DNA of 60,589 nt, counting the filler. It is 9 parts of 9 records of this genome, joined end to end, with 100 filler letters (N's around TTAATTAATTAA, not from the genome) between each part and the next. Parts side by side here need not be neighbours in the genome. Positions count along the whole stretch, not along the records: positions 13,253 to 21,097 come from SRR31156797_109566; positions 21,198 to 27,314 come from SRR31156797_109636; positions 27,415 to 33,745 come from SRR31156797_110545; 6 more parts are not named here. One strand, written 5' to 3'. Below, one piece after another: positions 18,897 to 27,641 of the stretch. A program made the translations under genes and the position numbers. The number at the start of each line of letters is the position of its first letter. Position 1 is the first letter of the stretch. The notes under the pieces are model-generated. The model did not search any database. It saw only the letters and a list, made by a program, of their open reading frames with translations, and was not told the origin of the DNA.

Positions 18897-20456
18897 ATGC
18901 CTGTGGGCGACATGATCCGGAGAAGCGCGGAGAGGTTCCCGGATAAAACCGCTATTATCTTCCAGGATAAACGGATCACCTATGGGGAGGTGAACCAACG
19001 GGTGAATGCCCTGGCGAACCAGCTTCTGGATATGGGCGGGAAAAAAGGGGATAGGGTCGGGGTGGTGCTGCACAATTGCCCCGAATATATCGAAACCTAT
19101 TTTGCCTGCGCTAAGACGGGTCTTATATTTGTTCCCATCAATAACCTGCTTAAACAGGGGGAGTTAACACAGATTATTCAATATATTGAGCCCCGGTTTT
19201 TGCTGGTGGATTCGGATTTTGAGGATCTCATTCAAATGGCGACGGCGGGAATGGATTTTGTGGAATTCAAAATCAGTTTGAGCGAATCCCCGCACCCGCC
19301 GTTTATTTCCTGTGAAAACAGCGTGAGCCTTGGGGACACCAGCGAACCGGAAGCGGAAATATCAAAGGACGATATTATGAGCATATTTCTTACTTCCGGT
19401 ACCACGGGGCTTCCCAAAGGGGCCATGCGGACCCATCACCAGGATTTTCAGAACGCCCTTGTCTGCGCCCTGGAAATGAAACTGGATGTGAACGACCGAA
19501 CCATCCTTTTGTTTCCCCTGTACCATGTTACCTTTGAGGATCATACCCGCCATTTTCTAATGGGCAACACCGTTTACATTCGACCGGAGGGGGCCTTTGA
19601 CCCAAAGGAAGTACTGGGAATTCTTGAGAGGGAGAAAATCACCACCTGCCAGTTCGTGCCCACCATGGTCAACGCCATGTTGCAGGAAAAAAGTATCGAA
19701 GACTATGATCTGAGTCATCTCAGACTCATCCCTTATGCGGCTTCCCCCATGCCGGTGGAACTGCTGAAACAGGCCATGGCGCGATTTCAATGTGGTTTCA
19801 TTCAATTCTACGGGCAGACGGAGACGGGCCCCTTGACCACGGTCCTCCCCCCCGAAGCCCATGTGCTGGAAGGAACGGAGGCGCAACTGGAAAAGTTGGC
19901 GTCGGCGGGCCGTGCCGCCTTGAACTACGATGTACGGATCGTGGACGACGACGGCCATGACGTGCCGGTGGGAACCGTCGGCGAAATCGCGGTGCGCAGT
20001 GAGGCCATGGCTGTGGGGTATTGGAATCTTCCTGAGAAGACGACGGAAAGCATGAAGGAAGGATGGCGTCTCACCGGGGATTTTGGAAGGTTCGATTCGG
20101 AAAAATACGTCTACATCGTGGATCGTAAAAACGACATGATCATCAGCGGCGGAAAGAACATCTACCCCAGAGAGCTGGAAGAAGTCATTTACGAGCACGA
20201 AGCCGTGCTGGATGTGGCGGTGGTGGGAGTTCCCGACGACTACTGGGGAGAAGCGGTCAAGGCTCTGATAGTGGTGAAAGAGGGCATGACCGCCACCGAG
20301 GATGAGGTGATCAATATCTGCCGGGAGCGCCTTGCCAGTTATAAAAAACCCAAGAGTGTGGAATTCAGGGAGGAACTGCCCCGAAGTCCCACCGGCAAAA
20401 TATTGAAACGAAAAATCAGAGAGGAATTTTGGGAATCAAGAGACCGGCGGGTTTAA
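18897..20456 (+). CDS. Acyl/aryl-CoA ligase (AMP-binding, ANL family)
   Basis: LTSGTTGLPKG, FYGQTE, TGD, DRKNDMIISGGKNIYPRE, PTGKILK; AAGGAG RBS before ATG 18897. Confidence 0.92.
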   Translation: MPVGDMIRRSAERFPDKTAIIFQDKRITYGEVNQRVNALANQLLDMGGKKGDRVGVVLHNCPEYIETYFACAKTGLIFVPINNLLKQGELTQIIQYIEPRFLLVDSDFEDLIQMATAGMDFVEFKISLSESPHPPFISCENSVSLGDTSEPEAEISKDDIMSIFLTSGTTGLPKGAMRTHHQDFQNALVCALEMKLDVNDRTILLFPLYHVTFEDHTRHFLMGNTVYIRPEGAFDPKEVLGILEREKITTCQFVPTMVNAMLQEKSIEDYDLSHLRLIPYAASPMPVELLKQAMARFQCGFIQFYGQTETGPLTTVLPPEAHVLEGTEAQLEKLASAGRAALNYDVRIVDDDGHDVPVGTVGEIAVRSEAMAVGYWNLPEKTTESMKEGWRLTGDFGRFDSEKYVYIVDRKNDMIISGGKNIYPRELEEVIYEHEAVLDVAVVGVPDDYWGEAVKALIVVKEGMTATEDEVINICRERLASYKKPKSVEFREELPRSPTGKILKRKIREEFWESRDRRV

Positions 20457-20569
20457 ACCAAAAGGGGGTGATTGCGAGACAGGTCAAGTCACATGATGAG
20501 ATGAGCGGACGGCGCGTTTGATTTAGAAAAACGGCGTTTCATAAACAAGTTCAGGAAAGGAGATTTGAG

Positions 20570-21097
20570 ATGAAAAAGGCATTATGGTTGACATTGGCTG
20601 TTTTCTTTGTTTTCGGTTTGCTGGTGGGCAGTGCAAATGCCGGCCCCATTGTTATCAAGGCGTTGACGGCATTTCCCAAAAACCATCTAAACAACGATCC
20701 GGTTCCCATTTTCATTCAAAAAGTAAACGAAAAAGCCAAAGGGCGCCTGAAGATCGACTGGATCGGCGGACCCGAGGTCATCAAGACCTTTGACCAGATT
20801 CATGCCCTCAAGGCCGGCACCATCGATATGATTTTGTACTATCCCTTCGGTTACATGAAGCCCGTCATGTCCGAAGCCTGGGCCAAGGGATTGACGCTGT
20901 TGGCCGAGTGGGAAGAGCGAAAGACCGGCCTCTATGATGTGTGGTGCGAGATATTTGCCAAAAGAGTCAACGCCAAGTATCTGGGAAGGCTTCACAGCCT
21001 GGTCCCCTTTACGGTTTTTTCCAATAAAAAGATCACCAAAGTAGAAGACTTCAAAGGCATGAAGATGCGCGTCATGCCCCTTTACATCCCTGCTCTG
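20570..21097 (+). CDS. dctP: TRAP transporter substrate-binding protein (3' truncated)
   Basis: Signal peptide ending ANA; GGPEVI..ALKAGTIDM; DFKGMKMRV. Confidence 0.85.
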
Positions 21098-21197
21098 NNN
21101 NNNNNNNNNNNNNNNNNNNNNNNNNNNNNNNNNNNNNNNNNTTAATTAATTAANNNNNNNNNNNNNNNNNNNNNNNNNNNNNNNNNNNNNNNNNNNN
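21098..21197. other. Artificial contig spacer
   Basis: N44-TTAATTAATTAA-N44. Confidence 0.98.
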
Positions 21198-21271
21198 TAC
21201 GCTCGGCTGATTTTTTTGAGACATTTGTTTAGTATCTAAACCTTTAACGAAAGCAAGCAAAGGAGACCTCC

Positions 21272-21793
21272 ATGGACACGTCACGATCCGAAAAAATGGC
21301 GAAAGCGTTCCTGGCCCGCAATCAACCCTTCAAGCGCAGGACCATGGTCTACGAACAACCGGTTCACGGGCCGGCCGAGATCGTTTTCAAACAGCTTTGC
21401 CCGACCCGCGAGGTCGACTGGATCGAGATCTGGACGGCAGATCTGATCTGGACGTCCACCGGCTACGGTGAAGCCGATTGCGTCTTCACGACGGCGGCCG
21501 GAACCGAATACGGCCCGGCGATTTGGATCTTCACGCGGTGGGAACCGGACCGGCTGCTCGAACTGGTCCGAATCATCGACAACGATGTGGTCGAGCAAAT
21601 GCGCATCGACGTCGCCGATGCCGGCGACGGGACCTGCCGGACGACCTGGTCGCTCAAGTTCACGGCGCTCAACGAAGCCGGCAACGCCTTCGTCGAGGCG
21701 CTGCCGGAAAAGGACCCGCAGTTCGAACGGGTGTTGTCCGGGCTCGATCATTTCGTGAGAACCGGCAAGCGAATGAGAATTCATCCGGGCTGA
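21272..21793 (+). CDS. Hypothetical protein, probable SRPBCC/START-like fold
   Basis: GPAEIVFKQLCPTREVDWIEIW..CVFTT pattern, C-terminal helix LDHFVRTG; AGGAG RBS. Confidence 0.65.
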   Translation: MDTSRSEKMAKAFLARNQPFKRRTMVYEQPVHGPAEIVFKQLCPTREVDWIEIWTADLIWTSTGYGEADCVFTTAAGTEYGPAIWIFTRWEPDRLLELVRIIDNDVVEQMRIDVADAGDGTCRTTWSLKFTALNEAGNAFVEALPEKDPQFERVLSGLDHFVRTGKRMRIHPG

Positions 21794-21800
21794 TGCGAGG

Positions 21801-21825
21801 AAGGGGCCGTCATGGCCCCTTTTTT
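21801..21825 (+). terminator. Rho-independent terminator
   Basis: AAGGGGCC-GTCAT-GGCCCCTT followed by Ts. Confidence 0.75.
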
Positions 21826-21939
21826 CGTGGGCGGGAGACGCTTCTCACGCCTTCACTTTCGGTTGGCGATATTGACCCTTCCGACGGCAATCCCAACATA
21901 CCGCTCATAACCGCAACCATTCATTTCAAGGGATCACCC

Positions 21940-22131
21940 ATGAGCGATTTGACCGAATCCGAACTGAATTCGTTGAACGAAATCGTCAGGAACGACAGGA
22001 TCAAGCTGGCCATCCCGGCCGAGCATCTGGAAAAGCTGATCCACGAAGGCTACGCTGAACAGCAGAAGCACGGCGTCATCGCCACCGGCAAGGGCCGCCT
22101 GAAACTGAAGGCGGAACTGGCCAAGGGCTAA
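21940..22131 (+). CDS. Small hypothetical protein (63 aa), winged-helix-like
   Basis: MSDLTESELNSL..LEKLIHEGYA..ATGKGR; AAGGGA RBS; real part of ORF 21478-22131. Confidence 0.55.
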   Translation: MSDLTESELNSLNEIVRNDRIKLAIPAEHLEKLIHEGYAEQQKHGVIATGKGRLKLKAELAKG

Positions 22132-22157
22132 TTCAAGCGAAACAAAGGAATGGAACG

Positions 22158-22748
22158 ATGCGACTTGGCGTATACCTGACGGCAATCCTGGCCCTGGCCA
22201 TGACGCTGAGTGCCCGGGCGGCGGGGCCGCAACATCCGGGCGGCGATCCTGTTTCGCCCTATGCCGGCGAAAAGGGCCGCGCCATTAAGACATTGGCGGC
22301 GCAGGATATCGACGATCTCTTGAACGGCCGCGGATGGGGCCTGGCCAAGGCGGCGGAACTGAACGGGGTGCCGGGGCCGGCGCATCTGCTGGAAATGAAG
22401 GATCAGATCGGCCTGTCGGCCGACCAGGTGGCGGCGATTGAGCGCCTGTTCGAGGCCATGAAAAGCCGGGCCGTGCCATTGGGTACGCGCTTGGTGGCGT
22501 TGGAAGGCAAGCTGAATTCGGCCTTCGCCGCCGGCGACATCGATGAAGCCCGCCTGCGCGACACCCTGGATCGGATCGCCGAGGTCCGGAGCGAATTGCG
22601 CTACGTCCATCTGGCCACCCACCTGGGCACGCCCGATATCCTGACGAAGCATCAGATCCACAGCTATAACCGCCTGCGCGGCTACGACGGCGCCGACGGC
22701 GGCCATGACGGCAATCGCCATGGCGGCGGTCATTCCGGCCACAATTAA
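22158..22748 (+). CDS. Periplasmic Spy/CpxP-like (heavy-metal sensor type) protein with His-rich tail
   Basis: Signal peptide; SPYAGE..RAIK..GLAKAAELNGVPGPAH; LSADQ and LTKHQ (LTxxQ-like); HDGNRHGGGHSGH tail. Confidence 0.8.
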   Translation: MRLGVYLTAILALAMTLSARAAGPQHPGGDPVSPYAGEKGRAIKTLAAQDIDDLLNGRGWGLAKAAELNGVPGPAHLLEMKDQIGLSADQVAAIERLFEAMKSRAVPLGTRLVALEGKLNSAFAAGDIDEARLRDTLDRIAEVRSELRYVHLATHLGTPDILTKHQIHSYNRLRGYDGADGGHDGNRHGGGHSGHN

Positions 22749-22791
22749 ACCGCCGGTCTTTTGGGTACGATTGTCCGTCTCTACCCCTTTT

Positions 22792-22977
22792 GTCATTCCG
22801 GACACGGCTTTCCTCAAATCTCAGATTTTCCAAGGAAAGCCTGTGATCCGGAATCCAGAAGTTCGGTAATTCCAGGCCGCTACCTGGATTCCGGATCGCA
22901 AGGTTCGCTCGCCGGTGCAGGGTTTGACGCATACGCGTCAACTTCGTGCACCGGGCTCACCTAGCGTCTGGAATGAC
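22792..22977. repeat. Alphaproteobacterial palindromic repeat element (RPE/RIME-like)
   Basis: Terminal IR GTCATTCCGGAC / GTCTGGAATGAC; internal GATCCGGAATCCAG / CTGGATTCCGGATC; extra arms GGCTTTCCT/AGGAAAGCC and CCGGTGCA/TGCACCGG. Confidence 0.78.
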
Positions 22978-22996
22978 GGCTCTGTTGGTTTTCGAT

Positions 22997-23758
22997 CTAG
23001 GCCATATCGCCTTCGATGGGTTCGACGCCGAGATCGCGGATCATGGCGCGGATATCTTCGGCGGCGGCATCGATGGCGTGCGCGTCGCGCGACCGGATGA
23101 CCAGGCTGGCGCCGTGCACGCCGTTCGGTTTGTGGAAGGGATAGCTGCCGATCTCCGTTTGCGGATGTTCGGCCTGCACCCGGGCCAGCGGATCGCCGAG
23201 CAACCCTTCCGGAATGCGGGCCGTGATCGCCTTCGAAATCACCGGATCGCCGCCGTCCAGCTCATGGACGATGGCTTCGAACATGACCTGCATGATCTTC
23301 GGAATGCCGGCGAAGACATAAACATTGCCGATGTGAAAACCGGGCGCCTTGCTGATCGGATTGGTAACGAGGGACGCGCCGACCGGAATCTCGGTCATTT
23401 TCAGGCGTGCTTCGGTCAATTCCGCATCGCTGTCGTAATTGGCGCGCAGCATTTGCCGCGCCTCTTCGTTGCGCTCCAGCGGCGTCTCGAAGGCTTCGGC
23501 GATGCAGGCCGCCGTGATGTCGTCGTGAGTCGGGCCGATGCCGCCGGTGGTAAACACGTAATCGTACTTGGCCCGGCATTCATTGACCGCGGCGACGATG
23601 ACTTCGGGCACGTCCGGCACGACCCGAGCCTCGGCCATGGTAATGCCGATTTCGGTCAGCCGGGTGCCGAGATAGTGCAGGTTGGCGTCGCGCGTCCGGC
23701 CCGACAATACCTCGTTGCCGATGATGATCAGGCAGGCGGTGGGGTTGGCATCGTTCAT
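22997..23758 (-). CDS. CinA-like molybdopterin-binding-domain protein
   Basis: IIIGNEVLSGRTRDAN, TTGGIGPTHDDIT, AGIP; true start MNDANP at 23758. Confidence 0.9.
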   Translation of the reverse strand: MNDANPTACLIIIGNEVLSGRTRDANLHYLGTRLTEIGITMAEARVVPDVPEVIVAAVNECRAKYDYVFTTGGIGPTHDDITAACIAEAFETPLERNEEARQMLRANYDSDAELTEARLKMTEIPVGASLVTNPISKAPGFHIGNVYVFAGIPKIMQVMFEAIVHELDGGDPVISKAITARIPEGLLGDPLARVQAEHPQTEIGSYPFHKPNGVHGASLVIRSRDAHAIDAAAEDIRAMIRDLGVEPIEGDMA

Positions 23759-23781
23759 CAAATTCGGTTCCCGAAAAGCGA

Positions 23782-24783
23782 TTACAAAAAATCCCTGAGC
23801 AGCGCAATCAGCGGAATGTCGGCCGGCGGCATGGGGTAATCGCGAAGCGCGTTCGGCCGCACCCATTTGAAGGCCTGGCCCTCGCGCCCGGTGATCTCGC
23901 CCTTCCACACCCGGCAGGCATAAAGCGGCATCAACAGGTGGAAATCGGCGTAGGGGTGCGACGCGAACGTCAACGGCGCCAGGCAGGAATCGGTGACGTC
24001 GATGCCCAGTTCCTCGTGCAGTTCGCGGATCAGGGCGGCTTCCGGCGTTTCGCCGGCATCGACCTTGCCACCGGGAAATTCCCACAGGCCGGCCATGCGC
24101 GAGCCTTCCGGCCGCTGGGCGATCAGCACCCGGCCGTCAACATCAATGAGCGCAACGGCAACGACGAACAGCTGCCGGCGTGCCGCCCAGGATTTGTCCC
24201 AGGCTTCGCGGGACAACGCGTAGGCGACGATATCCTTGCCCTCGCACCGGCCCTTGCCGCATTCGCCGATCGCCGGGCCCGTCGAAACGAAGCCGGTCTT
24301 TTCGAGGATGCGGCCGGAAGCGGCGTTTTCGGTTCTGACCGTGGCATATAGTTTCGGAACGTCCAGGTGCGAAAACAGCAATGGCACGAAGTAGCGCAGG
24401 GCTTCGCTGGCGTAACCGTGGCCCCAGAAGGGCTTGCCGATCCAATAGCCGGTCTCGGCCGCCGCCCCGTCGAGTTCCAGCGATCCGTCGATGACGCCGA
24501 TCAGGCCGCCCTCGAACCGGCGCTCGATGGCCAGCGGCAGGCCGGTGCCACGGACCATTCGATCGGCCGATTTATCGAGAAATTCGCGGGCGTCGTCTTC
24601 GGTGAAGGGGTGCGGGATGAAGGCGGTGTACCGGGCGACGTCCCAATCGCCGGCGAGCTCGACGATGGCCGGGATATCGGCCTCGGTCAGTCTTCTCAGG
24701 CGCAGGCGTTCGCAGTCGACCGGGCGGCCGTTCCAGCGTGAACCGGCGTCGAAACAGCCGGGATCAAGACCGGTAGTCGGCAT
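23782..24783 (-). CDS. mutT: RimJ-type GNAT acetyltransferase fused to MutT 8-oxo-dGTP diphosphatase
   Basis: ERLRLRRL..GYWIGKPFWGHGYASEA..NAASGRILEKTGF, then Nudix box GGKVDAGETPEAALIRELHEELG and FHLLMPLY. Confidence 0.9.
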   Translation of the reverse strand: MPTTGLDPGCFDAGSRWNGRPVDCERLRLRRLTEADIPAIVELAGDWDVARYTAFIPHPFTEDDAREFLDKSADRMVRGTGLPLAIERRFEGGLIGVIDGSLELDGAAAETGYWIGKPFWGHGYASEALRYFVPLLFSHLDVPKLYATVRTENAASGRILEKTGFVSTGPAIGECGKGRCEGKDIVAYALSREAWDKSWAARRQLFVVAVALIDVDGRVLIAQRPEGSRMAGLWEFPGGKVDAGETPEAALIRELHEELGIDVTDSCLAPLTFASHPYADFHLLMPLYACRVWKGEITGREGQAFKWVRPNALRDYPMPPADIPLIALLRDFL

Positions 24784-25993
24784 TGATGCTGATGTAATCG
24801 TGGGTTAGATCGCAGGTCCAGACGCAGGCTTTGCCCTTGCCGATACCGATATCGACCTCGATTTCGATTTCGCTGCCCTTCATGTGTTTGGCGATGGGCG
24901 CCTCTTCATAACCGGGCACGGCCGCACCCTTGGCGGCAACACGGACGCCGCCGATCCTAATCGCCAGCTTGTCGCGGTCAGCCTTTTCGCCCGACTTGCC
25001 GACGGCCATGACGATGCGGCCCCAGTTGGCGTCCTCGCCGGCGATGGCCGTCTTGACCAGGGGTGAATTGGCGATGGCCATGGCGATTTTTTTAGCCGCA
25101 CTGTCGCCGGCGGCGCCCTTGACCTTGACGGTTACGAACTTCGACGCGCCCTCGCCGTCCCGCGCCAATTGTCGGGCGAGATCGAGCAGGACATCTTCCA
25201 GCGCCTTGCGAAAGGCCCTAAGCCGCTTGTCCGACGCCGTCCGGATGGGCGGATGATCGGCTTCTCCGGAGGCGAACAGCAGCGCCGTATCGCTGGTCGA
25301 GGTATCGCTGTCGACGGTGACGCAGTTAAACGACGCATCGACGGCCGGACGCAGACACGCCTTCAGGACGGCGGCCGGAATGCAGGCGTCGGTGAAGACG
25401 AAGGCCAGCATCGTCGCCATATCGGGCGCAATCATGCCGGCCCCCTTGGCGATGCCGTTGATCGTTACCTTGGTGCCGCCGATTTTGGCGGTGCGGGTGG
25501 CGCCCTTGGCAAAAGTGTCGGTCGTGCGGATGGCTTCGGCGGCGGCGTTCCAGGCCGCCGGATCGAGCTTCTTTTTCAGCTTCGGCAAAACATCGACGAT
25601 GGGTTTAGGGTCCATGACCTCGCCGATGACGCCGGTCGAGGCGACGAAGACCTCGTCGTCGCGGCAATCCATCAGGTTGGCGGCCGCTCGTACGGTGGCG
25701 GTGACGGTACGCGCGCCCGCCTTGCCGGTAAAGGCGTTGGCGTTGCCGGTATTGACGACAAGCGCCCGGGCACTGCCGCCCTGCACCACTTCGCGGCACC
25801 AATCGACCGGCGCCGACGGCGCCAGCGAGCGCGTGAAGGTGCCGGCGACGGTAGTTCCCGGCGCCATCTCGGCCAGCATCAGATCGTCACGGTTCTTGTA
25901 TTTGACGCCGCACCGGCCGACCGCCAGCCGGACACCGGGTACGGCCGGCATTTCGGGGAAGTGCGCCGGTGCGAGCGGGGATTTTTTGGTCAT
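24764..25993 (-). CDS. argJ: Glutamate N-acetyltransferase / ornithine acetyltransferase
   Basis: GNANAFTG, STGVIG, TTDT, KGAGMIAPDMATML, DSDTSTSD, DGEGASK, NWGR, CDLTHDYISINADYRS. Confidence 0.96.
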   Translation of the reverse strand: MTKKSPLAPAHFPEMPAVPGVRLAVGRCGVKYKNRDDLMLAEMAPGTTVAGTFTRSLAPSAPVDWCREVVQGGSARALVVNTGNANAFTGKAGARTVTATVRAAANLMDCRDDEVFVASTGVIGEVMDPKPIVDVLPKLKKKLDPAAWNAAAEAIRTTDTFAKGATRTAKIGGTKVTINGIAKGAGMIAPDMATMLAFVFTDACIPAAVLKACLRPAVDASFNCVTVDSDTSTSDTALLFASGEADHPPIRTASDKRLRAFRKALEDVLLDLARQLARDGEGASKFVTVKVKGAAGDSAAKKIAMAIANSPLVKTAIAGEDANWGRIVMAVGKSGEKADRDKLAIRIGGVRVAAKGAAVPGYEEAPIAKHMKGSEIEIEVDIGIGKGKACVWTCDLTHDYISINADYRS

Positions 25994-26065
25994 GGCACTC
26001 GACTTCCTGGATCGCGGGCGCCGGTTCAAGCCGGCGCCCCCCTGTCGTTTCCGGCCATATCGTCG

Positions 26066-26971
26066 CTAGTTGGTCTTGGCCGGCGTTTCCTCGGCTTCCT
26101 TCGCGTCCTCGGCTTCCTTGGCGGCTTCCGGAACCGTGCCGTCGATATTGAAGCGTTCGATCGCGACACCGACGCGCAGTTCCTTGACAAAAGCGGCCGC
26201 CACTTCCTGCGACAGTTCGGCGTGAAGCTGTTCCTGGCTCTGCTCGAAGGTCGGCAGGTCGGCCTGCTTGCGTTCCTCGACCTTGATGACATGCCAGCCG
26301 AAATTGGTTTTCACCGGTTCCTTGGTGATCGCACCGACTTCAAGCGCGAAGGCGGCCTGCGAGAATTCCTCGACCATCTCGCCTTCCTTGAAGAAACCGA
26401 GATCGCCGCCCTTGGTCTTGGACGGACCGGTCGAACGATTCTTCGCCAATTCGGCAAAGTCGCCGCCGGCTTCCAGTTCCTCGATGATCTGCTGGGCCTC
26501 GGCCTCCGAATCGACAAGGATGTGGCGGGCATGGACCTGATCGCCCGGCACCGCTTCCGACATTTTCCGATCGAATAGTTCCTTCAACGCCGCTTCGGTG
26601 ACGTTTTCACGGACGTGACGCTCAAGCAGGGTACGCTGCAGGATCTGCGACTCGATACGGGCCAGGGTGCGCTTGACGACTTCATCTTCGTGCAGGCCCC
26701 GGTCGCGCGCCGCCTGGGCGGCAATGCGCTGATCGATGACCATGTCGAGCATGTCCTTGAAGATCAGGTGAAGCGGATAGCCGCGATAGGGATCGGGCAG
26801 CAATTGTTGGGCCTGGGCGACGTCGGTCAAATGGACCTCGCTTCCGTTGACCGTGGCAACGACGGGGTCTTCCACGGGTTTCGCGGTATCATCGGCGGCG
26901 GCGGCCGTTCCGGCGATCAAAAGCTGCGCGGCGGCGGCAAAACCAAGGGCCAGGGCGAAAACTCTCGGCAT
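26066..26971 (-). CDS. Parvulin-type peptidyl-prolyl isomerase (periplasmic)
   Basis: Signal peptide; VHARHILV, FAELAK, GGDLGFF, PVKTNFGWHVIK. Confidence 0.92.
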   Translation of the reverse strand: MPRVFALALGFAAAAQLLIAGTAAAADDTAKPVEDPVVATVNGSEVHLTDVAQAQQLLPDPYRGYPLHLIFKDMLDMVIDQRIAAQAARDRGLHEDEVVKRTLARIESQILQRTLLERHVRENVTEAALKELFDRKMSEAVPGDQVHARHILVDSEAEAQQIIEELEAGGDFAELAKNRSTGPSKTKGGDLGFFKEGEMVEEFSQAAFALEVGAITKEPVKTNFGWHVIKVEERKQADLPTFEQSQEQLHAELSQEVAAAFVKELRVGVAIERFNIDGTVPEAAKEAEDAKEAEETPAKTN

Positions 26972-27192
26972 AAAAGACAATCCTTTTTCTTCTCGCCGGT
27001 TCACAAGCGCCCGAATGGCCCATCCATCCGATCGACCGGCAAAGAGCATAGGGCATAAAGCACAACCCGGGGGGTGGCGGCAAGGGTGCCGCGATTCTCT
27101 TCCATATTGGTTGCAGGCCGGCGAATGCAAAAACCACCGGCATTTCGACCCAAAAGGTTCACGCGAATTTGACCGTCGCATCAGGGCGTGCG

Positions 27193-27221
27193 TTGACAGG
27201 AAAGCGCCAGCGCTCTATCTC
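27193..27221 (+). promoter_or_regulatory. Putative sigma70 promoter for a truncated divergent gene (ATG at 27300)
   Basis: TTGACA-N17-TATCTC. Confidence 0.45.
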
Positions 27222-27314
27222 TTGCCAGAACCGTCGCGGACCCGAATTCGGGCACGCGACCCAGCAGGCTATTGAAGAATTCTAAAGAGGCTGCGAAACA
27301 TGAAAATTCCGTCG

Positions 27315-27414
27315 NNNNNNNNNNNNNNNNNNNNNNNNNNNNNNNNNNNNNNNNNNNNTTAATTAATTAANNNNNNNNNNNNNNNNNNNNNNNNNNNNNN
27401 NNNNNNNNNNNNNN
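27315..27414. other. Artificial contig spacer
   Basis: N44-TTAATTAATTAA-N44. Confidence 0.98.
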
Positions 27415-27444
27415 GTACGAGTTCAATTCTCGTCCCAGGTACCA
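27415..27444 (+). tRNA. 3' end of a tRNA (T-arm, acceptor strand, CCA); isotype not determinable, Leu-like
   Basis: ACGAG-TTCAATT-CTCGT T-arm followed by CCCAGGT-A-CCA. Confidence 0.7.
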
Positions 27445-27453
27445 TTGAATATC

Positions 27454-27487
27454 AAAGGCTTAGCCGGATTTCGGCTAAGCCTTTTTT
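27454..27487 (+). terminator. Terminator after tRNA
   Basis: AAAGGCTTAGCCG-GATTT-CGGCTAAGCCTTT plus Ts. Confidence 0.8.
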
Positions 27488-27512
27488 ATTTTGGGGTGGC
27501 TTAAGTGCAAAC

Positions 27513-27544
27513 AAAAATGCCCCCGGGAAACAGTCCCGGAGGCA
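27513..27544 (-). terminator. Terminator of the RND operon
   Basis: Minus strand TGCCTCCGGGA-CTGTT-TCCCGGGGGCA-TTTTT. Confidence 0.7.
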
Positions 27545-27641
27545 ATCTGTGTGATGTGTTATCCGGCGGTGGTTATTTTTTGGGGCTTGAGTGCCGGTAT
27601 TGTCTTAAATAGTTGGACTGCCCAGGCTCGTTCCTGTTCCT

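Noticed and set aside
6828-20456. hydG near an Hdr-like Fe-S/flavoprotein operon as one H2-linked system
   Set aside because: They lie on different contigs (spacer at 13153-13252), so the adjacency is artificial.
23759-24085. N-terminal extensions of ORF-track calls (CinA-like to 24085, PPIase to 27181, VTT to 35907, flippase-like to 50541, gatB from 42148)
   Set aside because: They overlap neighbouring genes, repeats or non-coding leaders; downstream starts fit the RBS, gene overlaps or family N-termini better.
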